From a bacterium (lineage in GTDB: Bacteria; Bacteroidota; Ignavibacteria; UBA10030), in contig JAZDJN010000003.1 in NCBI GenBank assembly GCA_043803945.1, positions 1 through 61,733 on the forward strand: a DNA stretch of 61,733 nucleotides, given 5' to 3'. Both the position numbers and the translations under genes were made by a program. Position 1 is the stretch's first letter. Every line of letters starts with the position of its first letter. Shown in pieces: positions 58,599 through 61,733 of this stretch. The notes beneath the pieces were generated by a model. It made no database searches. It saw only the letters and a list, made by a program, of their open reading frames with translations, and was not told where the DNA came from.

Positions 58599-60581
58599 AT
58601 GTCCCTCTCACTTAACAAACCCAAACTCGACAACCTTGCGGGCGATATCTGGAAATCCGCCGAGCGGTTGCGCGGCAAGTTCAAGGCTTACGAATATCAG
58701 GGCGTTATCCTCCCGATCATTGTCATCCGCCGACTCGAATGTGTGCTGCTGGTGTGGCGTGAGGCGAAGCGCGCGGAGGTGCTGGCCAAGAGACCCAAGC
58801 TTACGAAAAAGCAACTCGCCAAGCTGGTCAAGGAACTTGAACTCAATCTCCAGCAGTCGCCTTTCTCCAACAAGACCGACTGGACACTCCGCAAGGTCTA
58901 TGAGGAAGACCACGCGCTCCTGGAGGAAAACTTCCGCGCCTACATCAACGGTTTCTCCAAGAACGTTGACGACATCATCGAGCACTTCAATTACCGCGCC
59001 ACCATCGGTACGATGGTGAAGAACAACCGGCTCGCACCCATCCTGAATCAATACAAGGAACTCGCGCTCGGCCCGGACCAGCTCTCCGGGTTGGAGATGG
59101 GTTACATTTACGAGGAATTGCTCCGGCGTTTTTCGGAACAAAGCGGCGAGGAGGCCGGAGATCACTTCACCCCGCGCGAAGTCATCCGCCTCATGGTCGA
59201 GCTGCTCGAAATCCCGATTCCAGATCGGCATTTCTCCATCTACGACCCTGCCGGCGGCACGGGCGGTATGTTGTCTGTCAGCAAGGAACACCTGCTTGAC
59301 CGCGCCACTACGCCGGAGGAAAAAGAGCGTATCGAAAAATTCCTGACCGTGCACGGCCAGGAGATTTCCCGGACGAACTACGCCGTCTGCCAGGCCGACC
59401 TCCTGATCAAGAATGACAAACAGGCCAAGGTGACACTTGGCAACTCGCTCATCCCGCACGACCCGCACAGCCGAGACCCTGGCGACCAGTGGCCCGAAAA
59501 CAAATGGCGCTTCAATCGCATGTTGAGCAATCCGCCCTTCGGCGTCACTTGGGGCGGCAAGGACGGCTACGAAGCCGAGGCCCGCAAGCTGGAGACTACT
59601 CGTTACCAGGCCGGGATGCCGCGTGTGACTGACGGCGCGTTGCTCTTCCTGCAAACCATGCTGGCCAAGATGATTCCGACCGCAGACGGCGGCAGCCGCA
59701 TCGCCATCATCTTCAACGGCTCGCCCCTCTCCAACGGCGACTGCGGTTCGGGCGAAAGTGAAATCCGCCGATGGATTTTGGAAAACGACTGGCTCGATGC
59801 AATCGTCATGTTACCCGACCAGTTATTCTACAACACCGGCATCTTCACCTACATCTGGCTGCTGAGGAACGAAAAGCCGCTGAGCCATCGCGGGCGCGTG
59901 ATGCTCATTGACGCGCGGAAGCAATTCGAGAAAGAGCCAAAAGCCTTCGCCAGCAAACGCAACCGCATGACGGACGCCCATCGCCAATGGATCGAAGAGC
60001 GTTACCGCGACGGCTGGGACAAGGGCTACACCGATGAACAAGTGAAGATTTTCCGGCGCGAGGATTTTGCCTACCACAAGGTCAGCGTCGTCTTCTGGCA
60101 AACGGACGAACAAGATAAGCCCGCCATCCTCGCCGAGCCTTATGAAAAGACGTTCACCGCTACGAACGTTGCCAGGGAACTGGAGTTCCACACCAGCGAA
60201 CTCACTTTCCGCGTACGCGTGAAAGCGGACGGCAAAGAAAAGACCATCACCCTCTCCCTCACCCCCAAGGACAACGCGCCGAAGAAATTCAAAGCGGCCT
60301 TCGGCGACCGACCGGAAATTCTCTCCGTCGAATGGACGCACCGGCACTACGTGCAGGACGACGAATACATCCCGCATGGCGAGGAGATCGAGACGTTCCT
60401 GAAACGGGAGATCGCAAAACCCATCATCCGCTGGGCGAACAGTCCGCAACTCGGCTACGAAATCCTGCCGAACAAATACTTCTACCGCTACCAGCCGCCT
60501 ACGCCCGCGAAAGATCTGCTCGCGGAGTTCTGGAAACTGGAGAAGGAGGCGGAGAAGATGCTGGAGGGATTGACGAGATGA
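58599..60581 (+). CDS. hsdM: Type I restriction-modification N6-adenine methyltransferase subunit
   Basis: IWKSAERLRG...Y...ILP...RRL.C, GYIYEEL.RRF.E...AGDHFTPREVI, YDPAGGTGGML, NPPFG, FNGSPL..G, LFYNTGI, GYEI...YFY.Y. Confidence 0.92.
   Translation: MSLSLNKPKLDNLAGDIWKSAERLRGKFKAYEYQGVILPIIVIRRLECVLLVWREAKRAEVLAKRPKLTKKQLAKLVKELELNLQQSPFSNKTDWTLRKVYEEDHALLEENFRAYINGFSKNVDDIIEHFNYRATIGTMVKNNRLAPILNQYKELALGPDQLSGLEMGYIYEELLRRFSEQSGEEAGDHFTPREVIRLMVELLEIPIPDRHFSIYDPAGGTGGMLSVSKEHLLDRATTPEEKERIEKFLTVHGQEISRTNYAVCQADLLIKNDKQAKVTLGNSLIPHDPHSRDPGDQWPENKWRFNRMLSNPPFGVTWGGKDGYEAEARKLETTRYQAGMPRVTDGALLFLQTMLAKMIPTADGGSRIAIIFNGSPLSNGDCGSGESEIRRWILENDWLDAIVMLPDQLFYNTGIFTYIWLLRNEKPLSHRGRVMLIDARKQFEKEPKAFASKRNRMTDAHRQWIEERYRDGWDKGYTDEQVKIFRREDFAYHKVSVVFWQTDEQDKPAILAEPYEKTFTATNVARELEFHTSELTFRVRVKADGKEKTITLSLTPKDNAPKKFKAAFGDRPEILSVEWTHRHYVQDDEYIPHGEEIETFLKREIAKPIIRWANSPQLGYEILPNKYFYRYQPPTPAKDLLAEFWKLEKEAEKMLEGLTR
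60476..60578 (+). repeat. hsdM 3'-end segment, copy 1 of an imperfect direct repeat
   Basis: Aligns to 61526..61620 (ACCGCTACCAGCC...ACGCCCGCGAA...GCGGAGTTCTGGA..CTGGAGAA.GAGGC.GAG). Confidence 0.85.
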
Positions 60582-61521
60582 AGAAGTCACCAGAGGTCTC
60601 CATCGCATCACCGGAATACCGGCGGTTCATTGAGCAGTTGAAGGCCCGCGTGTTATCCGCCCGCCTCTCCGCGGCACGGGCCGTGAATCGTGATGTCATC
60701 CTGCTTTACTGGGACATCGGGCGCGGCATCGTGGAGAAACAGCAGACGCTGGGATGGGGCGATTCGATTGTCGAGATGGTTTCGGCGGACTTACGACAGG
60801 CATTTCCAGGCACCTTCGGTTTTTCACCGCAAAATGTATGGCGGATGCTCCAGTTTTTTCGGACGCATACGGACAACCTGTTTCTCTCACAGGCTGTGAG
60901 AGAATTGGAAAAGAAAGGGCAGAAAACGCCGAGCCCCGAAGAACTCTCACAGCTTGTGAGAGAATTGATCGCTGCGGTTCCATGGGGCCATCATGCAAAT
61001 GTTTTGGCCAAGCTCACCGACCCTGCCGCCCGCCTTTACTACCTCCAGGCCACCGCCCGGTTCGGCTGGTCGCGCAACGTCCTGCTCAACCAGATCAAGG
61101 CCGGTACGTATGAACGAGCGGCTACGGCTTCTGCTTCGTCGGTCGCCAGCACCGGCTGGCCTTGGGACAGAAGGAGTATTTCATCGATCTGCTCTTCTAC
61201 CACCGCTTCCTCAAGGCGTTGGTGGCCTTCGAATTGAAAATCGGGCCTTTCGAGCCGGAACACGCGGGCAAAATGGATTTCTATTTGAACCTGCTCAACG
61301 ACAAAGAACGCGGCGACGGCGACCAGCCATCTATCGGCATCATCGCGGAAAAGGACGATGTGGAAGTCGAATACGCCCTACGCACGAAAGCGAATCCCAT
61401 CGGCGTGGCCGCCTATCAACTCCAGTCGAAATTGCCAGCAGATCTGAAGGGCAAATTGCCGACGGCGAAACAGCTCGCCGACGGCGTGCGGGCGGTGCTT
61501 CCCGGAAGGAACGCCACATGA
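60578..61521 (+). pseudogene. YhcG/DUF1016 PD-(D/E)XK nuclease-family gene, disrupted by an internal deletion and frameshift
   Basis: N-half LYWDIG..I......GWG...PWGH..GWSRN.L in one frame; C-half GYGFCFVGRQ..EYFIDLLFYHR.LK..V..ELK...GKM.FYL in another; junction at ~61120. Confidence 0.85.
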
Positions 61522-61525
61522 CCCG

Positions 61526-61620
61526 ATACTCTCACCGCTACCAGCCACGCCCGCGAATGAGTTGATTGCGGAGTTCTGGAGGCTGGAGAAAGAGGCAGAG
61601 ATATTGGCGACTTGATCGAG
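61526..61620 (+). repeat. Degenerate second copy of the hsdM 3' end
   Basis: Direct repeat of 60476..60578 with a 4-nt deletion after CCAGCC and scattered substitutions. Confidence 0.85.
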
Positions 61621-61733
61621 AAGTTTCGGCTGTTTTGGTTCTTGACATAGCGTCGAGTCAGGCATACGCACTTGCTTCAAAGCTGTCGCCCGGATATGGT
61701 TGATAACAGGCATCGGGCAAAAGTGCCCGAAAG

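Noticed and set aside
58608-60611. Long antisense ORFs (348 aa and 262 aa)
   Set aside because: Mirror of GC-rich hsdM codon usage, with no domain signatures.

Overview
Bacterial chromosomal window, most likely Ignavibacteria or a related Bacteroidota/Chlorobiota-group lineage. This is inferred from a 'QNYPNPFNPST' T9SS C-terminal sorting domain and the DUF4876/DUF6850-type TonB locus. In order: a SAM methyltransferase; two convergent paralogous porins; a TolC-MFP-CzcA/CusA RND pump; a co-directional run of TonB receptor, DUF4876-like lipoprotein, beta-barrel, T9SS beta-propeller, M28 and M16 peptidases and a His-bundle protein; a TonB receptor-YfiR-hybrid PAS kinase signalling module; and maeB. 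The centrepiece is a ~19.5 kb redox supercluster (32.7-52.2 kb) with 8 multiheme cytochromes (87 heme-c motifs by my count). It joins five distinct inner-membrane quinol-oxidoreductase modules (CbcL-like, split CbcA/B-like, ImcH-like, octaheme-NrfC-NrfD, Rieske-cytochrome b-11-heme c) to a c554-like shuttle, a porin-cytochrome conduit and a lone CcmF, behind a sigma54-like promoter. The window ends with accessory genes and a GC-richer island containing hsdM and a decayed yhcG/DUF1016 gene flanked by a duplicated hsdM 3' end. All family assignments come from motif recognition, not database searches.
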